Origin: Bacteroidetes bacterium HLUCCA01
Lineage (GTDB): Bacteria > Bacteroidota > Rhodothermia > Balneolales > HLUCCA01
Length of the DNA: 64,000 nt
Reading direction: 5' to 3'
Assembly: GCA_001314545.1 (NCBI GenBank)
Contig: LIHN01000018.1
Coordinates: 21,084 to 85,083, forward strand
This document shows positions 47,190-58,060 of the stretch, piece by piece. The notes beneath the pieces are model-generated. The model searched no databases and had not been told where the DNA came from. It saw only the letters and a program-made list of their open reading frames with translations. Each line of letters begins with the position of its first letter. The first letter of the stretch is position 1. Made by a program: the position numbers and the translations under genes.

Positions 47190-47726
47190 TTACTCATTAA
47201 TCTGAATACCCATCTCCAGTAAAACGTCTTCACTCAGATTCCATTGTGAACTGGTGTATAAAAACAGAAAATCTCCGGAGCGGTCGAATACAAAATCAAA
47301 GTTATCACGCCCGGCAACCACCTCAACAGCTTCCATAATCCGACGCTGTAGGGGTTCCAGAATTTGTTGCTGTTGACGAAAATACTCACCCTCCGGACCA
47401 TATCGGGCGTTGATAAACTGATTCATAGCGTTTTTTTTCGCTTCAATTTCATTGAGCCTTTGCTGGCGGACTTCATCGGTGTATAGAATTTCCCGGGCCG
47501 TAAATTCTTGTTCAAGTCGATCTATCTCACGCTCCATCTCTTCAATTTCTTCGCGCCAACCATCGCTCAGGGCCCTGAGGCGCTGTTCCAGACCGGCGTA
47601 TTCCGGCATTCTGGACAAGATAAACTCCGAGTCGATAAACCCGATTTTTTGATTCTGCGCCTGTAGTTGTACCGGTATAACAGACCCGATCAGAACCATA
47701 GCTATAAGTACGGCACGTAGTTTCAT
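47190..47726 (-). CDS. OmpH/Skp family periplasmic chaperone (first copy)
   Basis: ATG 47726 overlaps the bamA stop (TGATG); QKIGFIDSEFILSRMPEY; YGPEGE; FDFVFD. Confidence 0.9.
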   Translation of the reverse strand: MKLRAVLIAMVLIGSVIPVQLQAQNQKIGFIDSEFILSRMPEYAGLEQRLRALSDGWREEIEEMEREIDRLEQEFTAREILYTDEVRQQRLNEIEAKKNAMNQFINARYGPEGEYFRQQQQILEPLQRRIMEAVEVVAGRDNFDFVFDRSGDFLFLYTSSQWNLSEDVLLEMGIQINE

Positions 47727-50212
47727 CAGAACGGTGCTCCTATATTGAACAGAAACTCCCACCGACCCGGCTCAATTGCCGTGTTCGGTATTCCGTCAAA
47801 TCGGTACCCGTAACTCAGGTCAACCAGCCCGAGAATGGGCAGAAATACCCGCATACCAAAACCTGCCGAGCGCTTCACATTGAACGGATCAAACTGGGAT
47901 GGTTTCAAGTACGCATTTCCGGCTTCCGCAAAGGTGTAGGGTATTAACTGAATTTGCTCGTTTGCCACCAGCGGATACCGCATTTCGGAAAAGTATTTGG
48001 TATACATCTGGCCTCCAACAGCTTCATTATCTACATACGGACTGATAGATCCGCCGAAACCACCGGGAAATCCTTTCAGGTCGATGTTATCCCGATAAAA
48101 AGTCTGCTGCTGCTGTAAAGGCGTTCCACCCAGATAAAATCGGTTGAACTGACTACGCTGCGAGTCGCCGAACCAACCGATGTAGCCAAATTCAATCCCA
48201 TTGGTAAACGTAAGCTTTTCAATCAGTGGAATATGGTGCTGGAAGGAAGACAGAATTTTATAAAATTCCTGGAGCTGTCCGATTGGCGGAGCGACCTCGG
48301 CCGAGACAGAGAATTTTGAACCAATTCGTGGCGATATAAAGTTATCCAACGAGTTTCGCTCCAGCACCTGACGCAGCGAAATAATTCCGGCCCTACCGGG
48401 CTCAATGAACCCTTCCCGACCGAATACATCGAACATCTGATACTGCAGGATGGTGGTCTGCTGGAAGAAATCATCCGGCCAGGTTAACCTTCGTCCATAT
48501 GCAATATTTGCTGAAAATTGCTCAAACTGGCGATCGGATGAGAACCGATACAAACTGTAGGAAGATCCAAAGCTCAGCGAATTGGGTCGGCCGCGGAACC
48601 AGGGTTCGGTAAACTGGAAGTTGAAATTACGGTATCCCCTGCCTGTTACCTGTACTCCCAGGGAGAGCTGCTGTCCGTCACCGCCGGGTAAGGGTTGCCA
48701 GGCTTCCCGGTTAAACATGTTCTGCGCCGAGAAGTTATTAAAATTAACCCGTGCTGACAGAATTACACCAAACTGCCGGCCACCAAAGCCGCCTGAAAAC
48801 TCGAAGTTATCCGTGCTTGCCGACTCATCCAGCGAATAAATGATATCCACGGTTTTATTTTCGGGGTCAGCGTCAAGGTCTGGACGAATGTTTTCCGGCA
48901 CAAAATAACCGAGCGTTGACAGCTCCCTGATTGAGCGCATGATGGCCGACCTGTTGTAGTTCTGACCGGGTATATTTCTCAGGTTCCGACGTACAACATC
49001 ATCGTGGGTCTTCACATTTCCGCTGAAGGTTACGCGGCGCACCTTAGCGATTTCATCTTCTATGACATAAAAGTGCAGATCCAATGAATCTCCGGGAACT
49101 GGCCGTGTTTCCGGCTGAATATTAAGGAAAAGGTACCCGGCATCATGATACATGCTGAATACATCACTGTTTTCCTGATTACCATACAAGTTTTGTTCGA
49201 ATTTCTCCTCGTCAAAGATGTCGCCGCTGCGCATATCCAATGCGGTGAGCAACTGCTCTTCTTCGAAAACCGTATTCCCTTCCCAGGTGACATTGCGTAC
49301 AAAATATTGCGGACCTTCGTGCAGTGTCAGGTGGATGGCGATGCCCTGTCTGCGTCGATTATGGTCATATACAAAAACGGAATCGGAAACCACCCTGAAA
49401 TCCCGGAAGCCGTTCTTGCGATAGAAGGCATGCAGATTATCCAATGATTCCTGGTATTCATCACGTTTAAACAGCTGTCGGCCGAGTCGCCACCAGGTAT
49501 TCATCTTGGTTTCTTTCATAGCGCGACGCAACCGGCGGTCTGAATAGGTTTCATTTCCTTCGAAACTGATATCCCGTACCTGAATTCGGTCACCTGCATC
49601 AATATTAAAAACCAGGGTTACCCGATTGCGCAAGGTATCGGTGGGCAGGGTTTCAATCTCAACGGAAGTGTTTCGGAAGCCCTTATCACGGTAATACCGG
49701 TGTATGGTATTCACCGCCTGTGCTTTTCCTGATTCCGTAATCGCAAAACCGGGGATGAGATTGATTTCATCACGAAGATCATTTCGCTGGCTGCGGCGCA
49801 CACCCTCAATTCGGAATTCCTGAAGGCGGGCCTGCTCACGCACCTGAATTTCGATCTGAACTGTCGCTACCGTGACAAACCGGTGGAATATCTGCACATC
49901 AGAGAAGAGCCCGGTTCGGTACAGTCTGCGTAGCGCGGCCGGAATCTGATCTCCGGGTATAGTTATTTCTTCACCGGGATTAAGATTGGCCGAGGCGCGG
50001 ATAAACGATTCGTTTTGTGGCTCGGCACCGGTGACAACCACTTCAGCAATCTGAAACGTGCGTGGCCGATTTTGGGTAGGATCCTGAATTTCAATTCGGG
50101 GTAGTGCTGGTCGGGTATCCTGTGCAGCGGCGCCGGCCGGCAGCAAAATGAACATAGCCAGAACCATCATCAGGACCTGGCGTGGTTGGGGTGCGAAAAA
50201 TACTGAATTCAC
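47726..50212 (-). CDS. bamA: Outer membrane protein assembly factor BamA
   Basis: POTRA repeats (ISFEGNETYSDRRL, FSGNVKTHDDVVRR), FTEPW, RFYLGG, LKGF, C-terminal FLFNIGAPF. Confidence 0.95.
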   Translation of the reverse strand: MNSVFFAPQPRQVLMMVLAMFILLPAGAAAQDTRPALPRIEIQDPTQNRPRTFQIAEVVVTGAEPQNESFIRASANLNPGEEITIPGDQIPAALRRLYRTGLFSDVQIFHRFVTVATVQIEIQVREQARLQEFRIEGVRRSQRNDLRDEINLIPGFAITESGKAQAVNTIHRYYRDKGFRNTSVEIETLPTDTLRNRVTLVFNIDAGDRIQVRDISFEGNETYSDRRLRRAMKETKMNTWWRLGRQLFKRDEYQESLDNLHAFYRKNGFRDFRVVSDSVFVYDHNRRRQGIAIHLTLHEGPQYFVRNVTWEGNTVFEEEQLLTALDMRSGDIFDEEKFEQNLYGNQENSDVFSMYHDAGYLFLNIQPETRPVPGDSLDLHFYVIEDEIAKVRRVTFSGNVKTHDDVVRRNLRNIPGQNYNRSAIMRSIRELSTLGYFVPENIRPDLDADPENKTVDIIYSLDESASTDNFEFSGGFGGRQFGVILSARVNFNNFSAQNMFNREAWQPLPGGDGQQLSLGVQVTGRGYRNFNFQFTEPWFRGRPNSLSFGSSYSLYRFSSDRQFEQFSANIAYGRRLTWPDDFFQQTTILQYQMFDVFGREGFIEPGRAGIISLRQVLERNSLDNFISPRIGSKFSVSAEVAPPIGQLQEFYKILSSFQHHIPLIEKLTFTNGIEFGYIGWFGDSQRSQFNRFYLGGTPLQQQQTFYRDNIDLKGFPGGFGGSISPYVDNEAVGGQMYTKYFSEMRYPLVANEQIQLIPYTFAEAGNAYLKPSQFDPFNVKRSAGFGMRVFLPILGLVDLSYGYRFDGIPNTAIEPGRWEFLFNIGAPF

Positions 50213-50310
50213 GTGTGTGATTTAATTTCTGATAATCTTATCGATGCTGTTTAACGGACAGATGGCCTCTGGATTGCACGCCGAACGTAAATCGGTGAGG
50301 GTAGCAGGAT

Positions 50311-51102
50311 TCAGGTAGACACTTGCTCCGATGTTTTGCCGAATCGACGTTCCCGCTTCTGGTAGGAACGGATGGCCTCATAAAGCTCGTTACGCCGGAA
50401 ATCCGGCCAGTAGGTATTGGTGATATACAATTCAGAATAAGCCAGCTGCCACAATAAAAAATTGCTGATGCGAAACTCGCCGCTGGTCCGGATAATGAGG
50501 TCCGGATCGGGGATATCTGCCGTAACGAGTTCTGAGGTAATGAGATCGTCACTGATGTCTTCCGGGTTAATTTTGCCCTGCTTCACCTGAACCGCAAGCT
50601 TCCTGACGGCCTGCGTAATATCCCATCGCCCTGAATAACTCAGGGCAAGGCACAAATTCATGCGCTTATTATCCCGGGTAAGATCAATGGCTTCCCTGAG
50701 TTCACGCTGGCACGACTCCGGGAAACGTTCCAGCTGACCAATGGTGAGCAAACGGATATCATTATCATTGAGTTTTCTGGTTTCATTGCGAAGACTTTGT
50801 ACCAGCAACTGCATCAGGCCGGTAACTTCGTCCATCGGCCGACCCCAATTTTCCGTTGAAAAGGCATAGAGCGTGAGGTATTCAACACCAAGCTGCGCGC
50901 AGGCTTCCGTGATATCACGCACCGAATCAACACCCGCCTTATGGCCAAATAAACGGATATTTCCGCGCGACTTAGCCCATCGGCCGTTGCCGTCCATAAT
51001 CACGGCAATGTGACGCGGTATCCGCCCTTCCTCACCCAGGCGGGACTGCAGCAGGCGGTCGTCAGACGTCTGCTTTTTGTTGGTCAGTGTCAGTGTGTCC
51101 AA
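50311..51102 (-). CDS. uppS: Isoprenyl transferase (undecaprenyl diphosphate synthase)
   Basis: HIAVIMDGNGRWA, YAFSTENW, IRTSGEFRISNFLLWQ; exact start uncertain (TTG 51102 or 51132). Confidence 0.96.
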   Translation of the reverse strand: MDTLTLTNKKQTSDDRLLQSRLGEEGRIPRHIAVIMDGNGRWAKSRGNIRLFGHKAGVDSVRDITEACAQLGVEYLTLYAFSTENWGRPMDEVTGLMQLLVQSLRNETRKLNDNDIRLLTIGQLERFPESCQRELREAIDLTRDNKRMNLCLALSYSGRWDITQAVRKLAVQVKQGKINPEDISDDLITSELVTADIPDPDLIIRTSGEFRISNFLLWQLAYSELYITNTYWPDFRRNELYEAIRSYQKRERRFGKTSEQVST

Positions 51103-51172
51103 ATTATACTCAGCATAGTTAGTGTATAGCAAAGAAAATTAGGGCTTTATATTGCTATAAACAACTCAAAAG

Positions 51173-51643
51173 CTACCGGATTCGGCTACCCAGAGATACC
51201 ATTTCCAGCAGTGCCATAGCAGCTTCTTCCCCTTTGTTTCCGGCCTTGGTGCCGGCCCGCTCGATGGCCTGTTCGATGGTGTCTGTGGTAAGAACACCGA
51301 ATATAACGGGCTTGCCGTAGTCCAGATTCAGACGCGCAACACCGTTGGTCACAGCGCTGCTTACATAATCAAAGTGCGCTGTTGCACCGCGAATTACCGT
51401 TCCAAGGGTGATGATACCATCATAGGAACCGGTTTCCAGGAGTTGCCGGGCTGTCAGCGGAATTTCGAATGAGCCGGGACAATAAACTACGGTAATATCG
51501 TCTTCTGAAATGCCATGACGTTTCAGCGCCTCAACAGCTCCTTCTTTGAGTCGTTCCGTGATAAAACTGTTCCATCGTGATACCACGATGGCGGTCTTAC
51601 AGGATTCCAGTCTGAAATCACCTTCAATTACCTTCATACTCAT
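51173..51643 (-). CDS. ribH: 6,7-dimethyl-8-ribityllumazine synthase
   Basis: VSRWNSFI, PGSFEIP, VIRGATAHFDYV, QAIERAGTKAGNKG; ATG 51643 overlaps the upstream stop (ATGA). Confidence 0.96.
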   Translation of the reverse strand: MSMKVIEGDFRLESCKTAIVVSRWNSFITERLKEGAVEALKRHGISEDDITVVYCPGSFEIPLTARQLLETGSYDGIITLGTVIRGATAHFDYVSSAVTNGVARLNLDYGKPVIFGVLTTDTIEQAIERAGTKAGNKGEEAAMALLEMVSLGSRIR

Positions 51644-52494
51644 ACCATATCCGATTTTTTGTCCATATTTACCTGGCACTGATCCAGAATGTTCTCCATC
51701 CTGACGGCGTCTACACACACCGTTCCTACCAGCTGTTCTTCAAAAGGTTTGATTCCGTGAAAATCACTGCCTCCGGTTAGGAGCAGTCCGTAATTCACGG
51801 CATAGTCCTTGATTTTTTTCTGCGTCTGAAAATTATGACTGGGATGTATGTATTCCATGCCATCTATGCCCGCTTTAAGAAAATAGCGGAAATCCTCGAA
51901 TATGTAGTACGGACCCGGATGAGCCAGTACACATACCCCTCCGCATTGGTGAATCCGGTCAATCACATCGGATACATCGGCATATTCATTTTGCACATAG
52001 GCAGGTCCGCCCGTGTGCAGGTAGCGGTCAAAGGCCTCTTTTCGACTGGCCACATACGATTTTTGCAGCATGGCATCAGCAATGTGGTTCCGGCTGATGG
52101 TGGCTCTTCCGGATTCAGCCATAATTTCATCGAAACTGATATCAAATCCCAGCGCTGCAAGCCTTTCAATAATCTGACGGGTCCGTTTCCTTCGTACATG
52201 ACGCTGCTGAGCCATAAAATCCCTTAGCTCCTGCTGGTCTGCATCGAAACCATAGGCCAGCATATGAATCTCGCGACCTTCATAATTACATGATATTTCC
52301 ACACCAGCGAGGAGTTCCAGGTCCGGATAGATTACCTGATCGCGGATTTGAAGGTAACCGTCAATGGTATCATGGTCGGTTATGGCCAGCCCTTTCAGGT
52401 TACGCGATGCGGCCAGGTGAAGACACTCCTCCGGTGTCAGACGACCATCAGAAGCTGTTGTGTGAAAGTGCAGGTCGGCCTTGGGCGAAATCAT
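51640..52494 (-). CDS. PHP domain metal-dependent phosphoesterase (TrpH/YciV-like)
   Basis: DLHFHTTASDG, AITDHDT, LAHP, TGGSDFHG. Confidence 0.9.
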   Translation of the reverse strand: MISPKADLHFHTTASDGRLTPEECLHLAASRNLKGLAITDHDTIDGYLQIRDQVIYPDLELLAGVEISCNYEGREIHMLAYGFDADQQELRDFMAQQRHVRRKRTRQIIERLAALGFDISFDEIMAESGRATISRNHIADAMLQKSYVASRKEAFDRYLHTGGPAYVQNEYADVSDVIDRIHQCGGVCVLAHPGPYYIFEDFRYFLKAGIDGMEYIHPSHNFQTQKKIKDYAVNYGLLLTGGSDFHGIKPFEEQLVGTVCVDAVRMENILDQCQVNMDKKSDMV

Positions 52495-54140
52495 GGAGTC
52501 TCCAGCACCCGGGCAACTTCTCCCGGATTTGCAAGCAGTCTGCCGGCTTGTGAAACCAGATCGTCTCGACGAAGTCCATCCAAAAAGCGTTGTTCATCCG
52601 TGTAATAGCGCGATGAGAGTTCGGCAAAGAGCGCCTGTGCAATTGGTTCTCGATACGCCTGTAAATCGGCCATTTTCCGGTCTGTAAGTTCGTCCTGAAG
52701 CACGTTCATTGCCCGGTCCAGTTCCGGTTCATCAGCTCCGAGTGATTCCCGAAGACCGTTCAGATGACGCTGTGCCCTGCTCTCGTAGGTGAACCCCACG
52801 TCCACCAGGTAGGCTGCAAAAGCCTGAAACACCGAGTCCGGAAGTTCTGCGTAGTCAAATTCCTCATTGGCAGCACGATACTCATTGGCGAAATCGAAGT
52901 ACACATTGTTCTGAATGAGGGCAATTTCAAGCAAGGATGCACGGGGTATCGGTACCAGAACGTCCGGTTCCACGCCCACGCCATCGTACACCGTTCGTCC
53001 GCCCAGGGTCTGAAACGCATTTCGCAGGGAATCAGGCAGCTGCATGGATTCATCCGGATTTTCAGGACTGTAGGATGGTGATTGTATGGATCGGCCGCTG
53101 GGAATGTAATACCGCGATGTCGTTATTTTCAGCGTGGTGTTGTACGATAAGGACCGTACGACCTGCACCAGCCCCTTACCAAAGGATCGCTCCCCCATAA
53201 GCACGGCACGGTCATAATCCTGCAGCGCACCTGCAGCAATTTCCGAGGAACTGGCACTTCCATTATTTTGCAGAACTACCAGCGGCCCCTGATAAAAAGC
53301 AGGCGATTCGGTACTGGACGTGAACGTACTCTCGAGTCCCCGCCCCTGCGTTCGGACCACTTCCAGCTCCGGACCTACAAATAAATCCACCAGCTTAACT
53401 GCTTCGTCAATCAGGCCACCGGGATTATTCCGAAGATCCAGTATGAGGCCCTGCATGGATCCTTCCTGTTGCAACCGGGTAATGGCTTCACGTACTTCAA
53501 CCGAGGCGTTCTGACCGAATCGTGACAACGCCACATAACCTATGGTACTGTCCGGGTCGGCGAAGGACGCGTACATTACATTTTTAATTTCAACCTTCTC
53601 CCTGGCAAGAACAAAGTCGAGGGGTTCATCAAAGCCGATCCGCCGGATAGTAAGCGTGACTACAGAGCCGGGTTCACCGGCAATGAGAGCCTGCATGTCA
53701 TCCACCGTCAGTCCCTGAACCGACAGTCCGTCTACTTCAAGGATGATATCACCGGCCCGGATTCCCTGACGCTCTGCGGAATACCCTTCAATGGGCGCAA
53801 TGATTACGATCTGATCTCCTCTGGCTCCGATTTCGATACCCACTCCCGCATAACTGCCGCGTGTGAGTATTTCAAGGCTCTGCTGCTCGGCCTGGTCAAT
53901 CAGCACTGTGTAGGGATCCAGGCTCTCAAGCATGGCATCAATGCCGGTGCGCAGCAGGGTTTGAGGATCAACTTCATCCACGTAACGGAGTGTTACTTCT
54001 TGGTAGACCTCGCTAAATACCGTGAAGTTCTGCTTTATCTGAAAGAAAATGTCTGAATTCTGAAGGCTCGCTCCTGCCGTAACTACGGAAAAAAGAAGCA
54101 GAAAAGCCCATAAAACACGTTTTTGGGTGGGTTTCATCAT
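52491..54140 (-). CDS. S41 family C-terminal processing peptidase (CtpA-like, with PDZ domain)
   Basis: LDPYT, LDLRNNPGG, SASSSEI, SFGKGLVQ. Confidence 0.93.
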   Translation of the reverse strand: MMKPTQKRVLWAFLLLFSVVTAGASLQNSDIFFQIKQNFTVFSEVYQEVTLRYVDEVDPQTLLRTGIDAMLESLDPYTVLIDQAEQQSLEILTRGSYAGVGIEIGARGDQIVIIAPIEGYSAERQGIRAGDIILEVDGLSVQGLTVDDMQALIAGEPGSVVTLTIRRIGFDEPLDFVLAREKVEIKNVMYASFADPDSTIGYVALSRFGQNASVEVREAITRLQQEGSMQGLILDLRNNPGGLIDEAVKLVDLFVGPELEVVRTQGRGLESTFTSSTESPAFYQGPLVVLQNNGSASSSEIAAGALQDYDRAVLMGERSFGKGLVQVVRSLSYNTTLKITTSRYYIPSGRSIQSPSYSPENPDESMQLPDSLRNAFQTLGGRTVYDGVGVEPDVLVPIPRASLLEIALIQNNVYFDFANEYRAANEEFDYAELPDSVFQAFAAYLVDVGFTYESRAQRHLNGLRESLGADEPELDRAMNVLQDELTDRKMADLQAYREPIAQALFAELSSRYYTDEQRFLDGLRRDDLVSQAGRLLANPGEVARVLETP

Positions 54141-54144
54141 AGTC

Positions 54145-56112
54145 TTAGCGCAGTCGGAGAACCTGTCCTACCACAATCCGGTTAGACTGCAGGTTATTGA
54201 GTTGTTTAATCCGGTCTACACTGGTGTTATGCGCACGGGCAATATCCCACAGGTTGTCGTTAGCACGAACGGTATAGGATTCCGGTCCGCTGCCGGGCGA
54301 TGATGCGGCAACCGTTGTGGTCCTGCCGGCAGCACGGTCACGCACCAGGGATTGCTTCTGTGCGAAGGTCATGGAATTGATATTTTCAAAGCTGGATACA
54401 TTGTTTGAAGGGACAAAAATGGTCAGCCGCTGACCTACCCGGATAGTATTCCCAATATTGTTCCAGTTGCGTATACGCCAGGCCTGAGTTCCATACCACT
54501 CGGCAATATGCCCCACCGTGTCACCGGACTTAACCGTGTAGGTGAGCCGGGTAGTATTGGCTGGCGCTGAGGCCGACTGAGCCGGGGCGCTTGCTGAAGA
54601 TGTAGCAGCAGTACGTGCCCTTGAAGGCGTATTGGCTGCTATGGCTACATTGCTTCCCTCCGGTATGGGTATTACAACCTGCTGTCCGGGATGAATGGTG
54701 GTTGAAAGCCGGTCATTGGCCGCAAATAAGTCCCGCACCGTAACCCCGTAACGGTTGGCAATGCTACCCAGATTTTCACCTCTGGAAACGGAATGTACTA
54801 CAAGCTGCCGTCGGGCCGCATCAGGCAGCTGCTGATACGCCTCCTGAAATCGTTCTTTGGTTCCAACCGGAATTTTCAACGGATACGGATGTTCGCCGGG
54901 CGGTGTTGCCCATCGCAGCAGTTCGGGATTCAGGTTGCGTAATTCCTGGGTTGTGATTCCGGCAAACTCGGCCAGTGTACTCAATTCAATCGATCCCTGC
55001 ACTTCAACCAGATCATAGGCAAAGGGTTGAGCGTCCATTCGTGGCTCAAAACCAAATTCGCGTGGATTCATGGCTACGATGGTGGCTGCGATGTAACCGG
55101 GAACATACCCGCGGGTTTCACGGGGGAGGTAGGGGAAAATCGCCCAGTAGTCGCGCTGCCCACCGGCCCGGCGTATACCGTAGCGAATTCTGCGCGGACT
55201 CACATTATAGGCTGCCAGTGCCAGATGCCATTCGCCCCAGGTATTGTACAAGTCACGCAAATGACGCGCCGCGGCCCGGGTAGCCTTTTCGGGATCCCGG
55301 CGCTCATCAATCCACCAGTTGGCTTCCAGACCATAGTGGGCACCGGTAGCGTAAATAAATTGCCACAGACCTACCGCCCGGGCATGACTCCTTGCCGTGG
55401 GAACAAGTCCGCTCTCAATCATCGACAGATGAATAAGTTCCAGAGGCACCCCCTCTTCTTCAAAAATTTCACGCATCATGGGGAAATACACCGCCGAACG
55501 CTCAAGCCATCGTTCCATGATTTCAGGACGTCGGTTGACCAGGAAATTAATCTGATTTTGAACCTGCGTATTCAAGATCAGAGGCACCTCGGTACGTCGC
55601 AGTTCAATATCGCCGGGTATTACCAGTTCATCGGTGATAAACGCATTCTCATCAACAGAAAACATCTCCTCAAGAACCGCAAAAATATCGCCTTCACTGG
55701 CGGGCGGGGGCTCGGTGATGCCGTAAAACAAGTAGTATTCGGTCATTACGGTGCGATAGAGCTCGGTGAGCCGGCTGCTGGTCCGTACTTCCGGATACTC
55801 ATCAACAAGCAGCTGAATAGCACTCAATGCGCTGGTAATATGCTCCTCGGCCGCTACAAGATCTTCACGTGAGAGTGCCTGAAGGGCATCAGCGTGTATG
55901 GTGTAGATTACGGCCATTCGCTGGAGCACTTCCTCAGCATCTTCCGAAGACCCCGAGGGAGTGAGAAACGAGCGGGTTGGTGCTGACGGAATGTCTACCG
56001 GTTCTTCATAGGGCAGACGAAACTCAGAATTTGTGGTGGGCTCTGTAAACTGGGAGTAAGCCGGCACAACCAGCACAGCCGTGAAAAATATGGACAGTAA
56101 AAAACGCATCAT
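54145..56112 (-). CDS. Lytic transglycosylase with three LysM domains (MltD-like)
   Basis: IES, AVGLWQFI, LAAYN, PRETRGYV; LysM repeats HSVSRGENL, YTVKSGDTV, YTVRANDNL. Confidence 0.92.
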   Translation of the reverse strand: MMRFLLSIFFTAVLVVPAYSQFTEPTTNSEFRLPYEEPVDIPSAPTRSFLTPSGSSEDAEEVLQRMAVIYTIHADALQALSREDLVAAEEHITSALSAIQLLVDEYPEVRTSSRLTELYRTVMTEYYLFYGITEPPPASEGDIFAVLEEMFSVDENAFITDELVIPGDIELRRTEVPLILNTQVQNQINFLVNRRPEIMERWLERSAVYFPMMREIFEEEGVPLELIHLSMIESGLVPTARSHARAVGLWQFIYATGAHYGLEANWWIDERRDPEKATRAAARHLRDLYNTWGEWHLALAAYNVSPRRIRYGIRRAGGQRDYWAIFPYLPRETRGYVPGYIAATIVAMNPREFGFEPRMDAQPFAYDLVEVQGSIELSTLAEFAGITTQELRNLNPELLRWATPPGEHPYPLKIPVGTKERFQEAYQQLPDAARRQLVVHSVSRGENLGSIANRYGVTVRDLFAANDRLSTTIHPGQQVVIPIPEGSNVAIAANTPSRARTAATSSASAPAQSASAPANTTRLTYTVKSGDTVGHIAEWYGTQAWRIRNWNNIGNTIRVGQRLTIFVPSNNVSSFENINSMTFAQKQSLVRDRAAGRTTTVAASSPGSGPESYTVRANDNLWDIARAHNTSVDRIKQLNNLQSNRIVVGQVLRLR

Positions 56113-56270
56113 GCAGATTTTGGGGTAAGAAAAAAGGACAATCGTTGCTGGTTCGAGTGGATCTGCCAGACTGAAACAGTGACTGGCACCTCATATTGCC
56201 GGAACAAGATTATCCGGACAATATAGGGATTATGACGGCCAATACGGAGCCGGTACCACCAAAAGAGACG

Positions 56271-57944
56271 TTAAAGTCCGTGACGGGTCCAGCCCTGTAC
56301 AATGGGAAGTCGTCTGCCAATGCCAAAAGCTTTGGCACTGAGTCGCAGGCCGGGCGGACTTTGACGACGCTTATACTCGTTTAAATCCACCAGCCCGATT
56401 ACACGGTCAACAACAGCGGTATCAAAACCATCCCTGACAATTTCTTCACGGGAACGCTGTTCTTCAATATAACGTCGCAGAATTCCGTCAAGTACATCGT
56501 ATTCCGGCAAACTGTCAGAATCTTTTTGATCCGGACGAAGCTCGGCACTGGGTGGTTTGACCAGCGTTTCAGCAGGAATCACTTCCCTGCCATAGTAGCT
56601 GTCGTTCAACCAGTTAGCCATATTGTACACCTCGGTTTTATACAAATCGGCAATCACAGATAGTCCCCCGTTCATATCGCCATAGAGAGTACAATACCCG
56701 ACGGCCAGTTCCGATTTGTTACCGGTATTCAGCAGGATGCTGCCAAACTTATTGGACATCCCCATCAGCAGCACACCCCGGATGCGACTTTGCAGGTTTT
56801 CCTCGGCAACATTAAACGGTGTTCCTGTAAAAAGCGGCGCGAGTACCCGGGAAAACTCCGTGTACAGGGAGGCGATGGGAACCTCATGGAGTTTCATGCC
56901 CAGGGCACGGGCCAGTTTATGTGAATCAGACACGCTTCCTGCCGATGAAAATTCCGAGGGCATGGTCAGACCGGTAACTCCGGCGGCGCCAACGGCCTCA
57001 CAAGCCAGGGTTGCCACCAGGGCCGAGTCAATACCACCGGATAGGCCCAGGACCACGCGGGGAGGCAGTGCAGATTTATTGAGGTAGTCACGAATTCCCA
57101 TAACCAACGCCCTGAAGGTGCGCTCTTCAACACTGAAATCGCGTTGTACAAAAGGACTTTCGGGCGTGAGCGTACCGTCGTCCGTATTAAGATTCACATC
57201 GGTGCAGGACGACTCGAACATGGTTGTGGTTGCCACCACATTGCCGCGCCGGTCCAGTGCCATAGTATCACCATCAAAGAGCACCTCGGTGTTTGCCCCT
57301 ACCTGATTGGCATAGAGAATGGGCAAATCCAGGCTCCGGGCGTGATTTTGCAGCATTTTAAGTCGGATGGGTGCCTTCCCCTTGCTGAATGGTGAAGCCG
57401 AAACATTCACAATAACGCGGGCACCGGCCTGCTGCAGGCGACGTGCCGGATTTTCATCATACACATGGTAGATGATTTCGTTTTCGGAGTTCCAGATATC
57501 CTCGCAGATGGTGATTCCAAACAGACACCCGTTAATTTCAACCGGAGCAAAAGTTTGATTGGGTTCAAAATAGCGGTATTCGTCGAAGATATCGTAGGTT
57601 GGCAGCAGGGTCTTGTGGGTCTCTGCAAGAAGTCGGCCGTCCTGACAGCTCAGCGCAGCGTTGAACATCTTGCGGCCGCTGCCCGGATTGTTGGTAAATG
57701 TGCCAAAAATCAGGGCCGTTGAACGGGTTTGTGAAATAATCTGTTGATTGGCCTGGTAAACCGAATTACGAAAAACTTCGCGCTCCAGCAGGTCCATTGG
57801 CGGATATCCGCTTACCGCCAGCTCCGGCAAAATGAGCAGGTCCAGACCCTGTTCACAGGCCTGGCGATAGGCCGTGAGGATTTGTTGGGTATTTCCCTTA
57901 ATATCACCGACAATGGTGTTCAGTTGCTGCAATCGGATTCGCAT
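56271..57944 (-). CDS. nadE: Glutamine-dependent NAD+ synthetase
   Basis: CN-hydrolase domain (LPEL, KTLLPTYDIFDE, ICED) plus GLSGGIDS, ENLQSRIRG, NKSE, PSAELRPDQKD; ATG 57944 preferred. Confidence 0.96.
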   Translation of the reverse strand: MRIRLQQLNTIVGDIKGNTQQILTAYRQACEQGLDLLILPELAVSGYPPMDLLEREVFRNSVYQANQQIISQTRSTALIFGTFTNNPGSGRKMFNAALSCQDGRLLAETHKTLLPTYDIFDEYRYFEPNQTFAPVEINGCLFGITICEDIWNSENEIIYHVYDENPARRLQQAGARVIVNVSASPFSKGKAPIRLKMLQNHARSLDLPILYANQVGANTEVLFDGDTMALDRRGNVVATTTMFESSCTDVNLNTDDGTLTPESPFVQRDFSVEERTFRALVMGIRDYLNKSALPPRVVLGLSGGIDSALVATLACEAVGAAGVTGLTMPSEFSSAGSVSDSHKLARALGMKLHEVPIASLYTEFSRVLAPLFTGTPFNVAEENLQSRIRGVLLMGMSNKFGSILLNTGNKSELAVGYCTLYGDMNGGLSVIADLYKTEVYNMANWLNDSYYGREVIPAETLVKPPSAELRPDQKDSDSLPEYDVLDGILRRYIEEQRSREEIVRDGFDTAVVDRVIGLVDLNEYKRRQSPPGLRLSAKAFGIGRRLPIVQGWTRHGL

Positions 57945-58060
57945 GGATGTCTGGTACGTGTGCCTGGTTTGCGTGAATATCGTTGGTATCTGATGGTACA
58001 TACACACTGCTCGGGTGCAGCGTTTCAAAAAGCAAAATTTACATAAAATAGCGGTTAATC

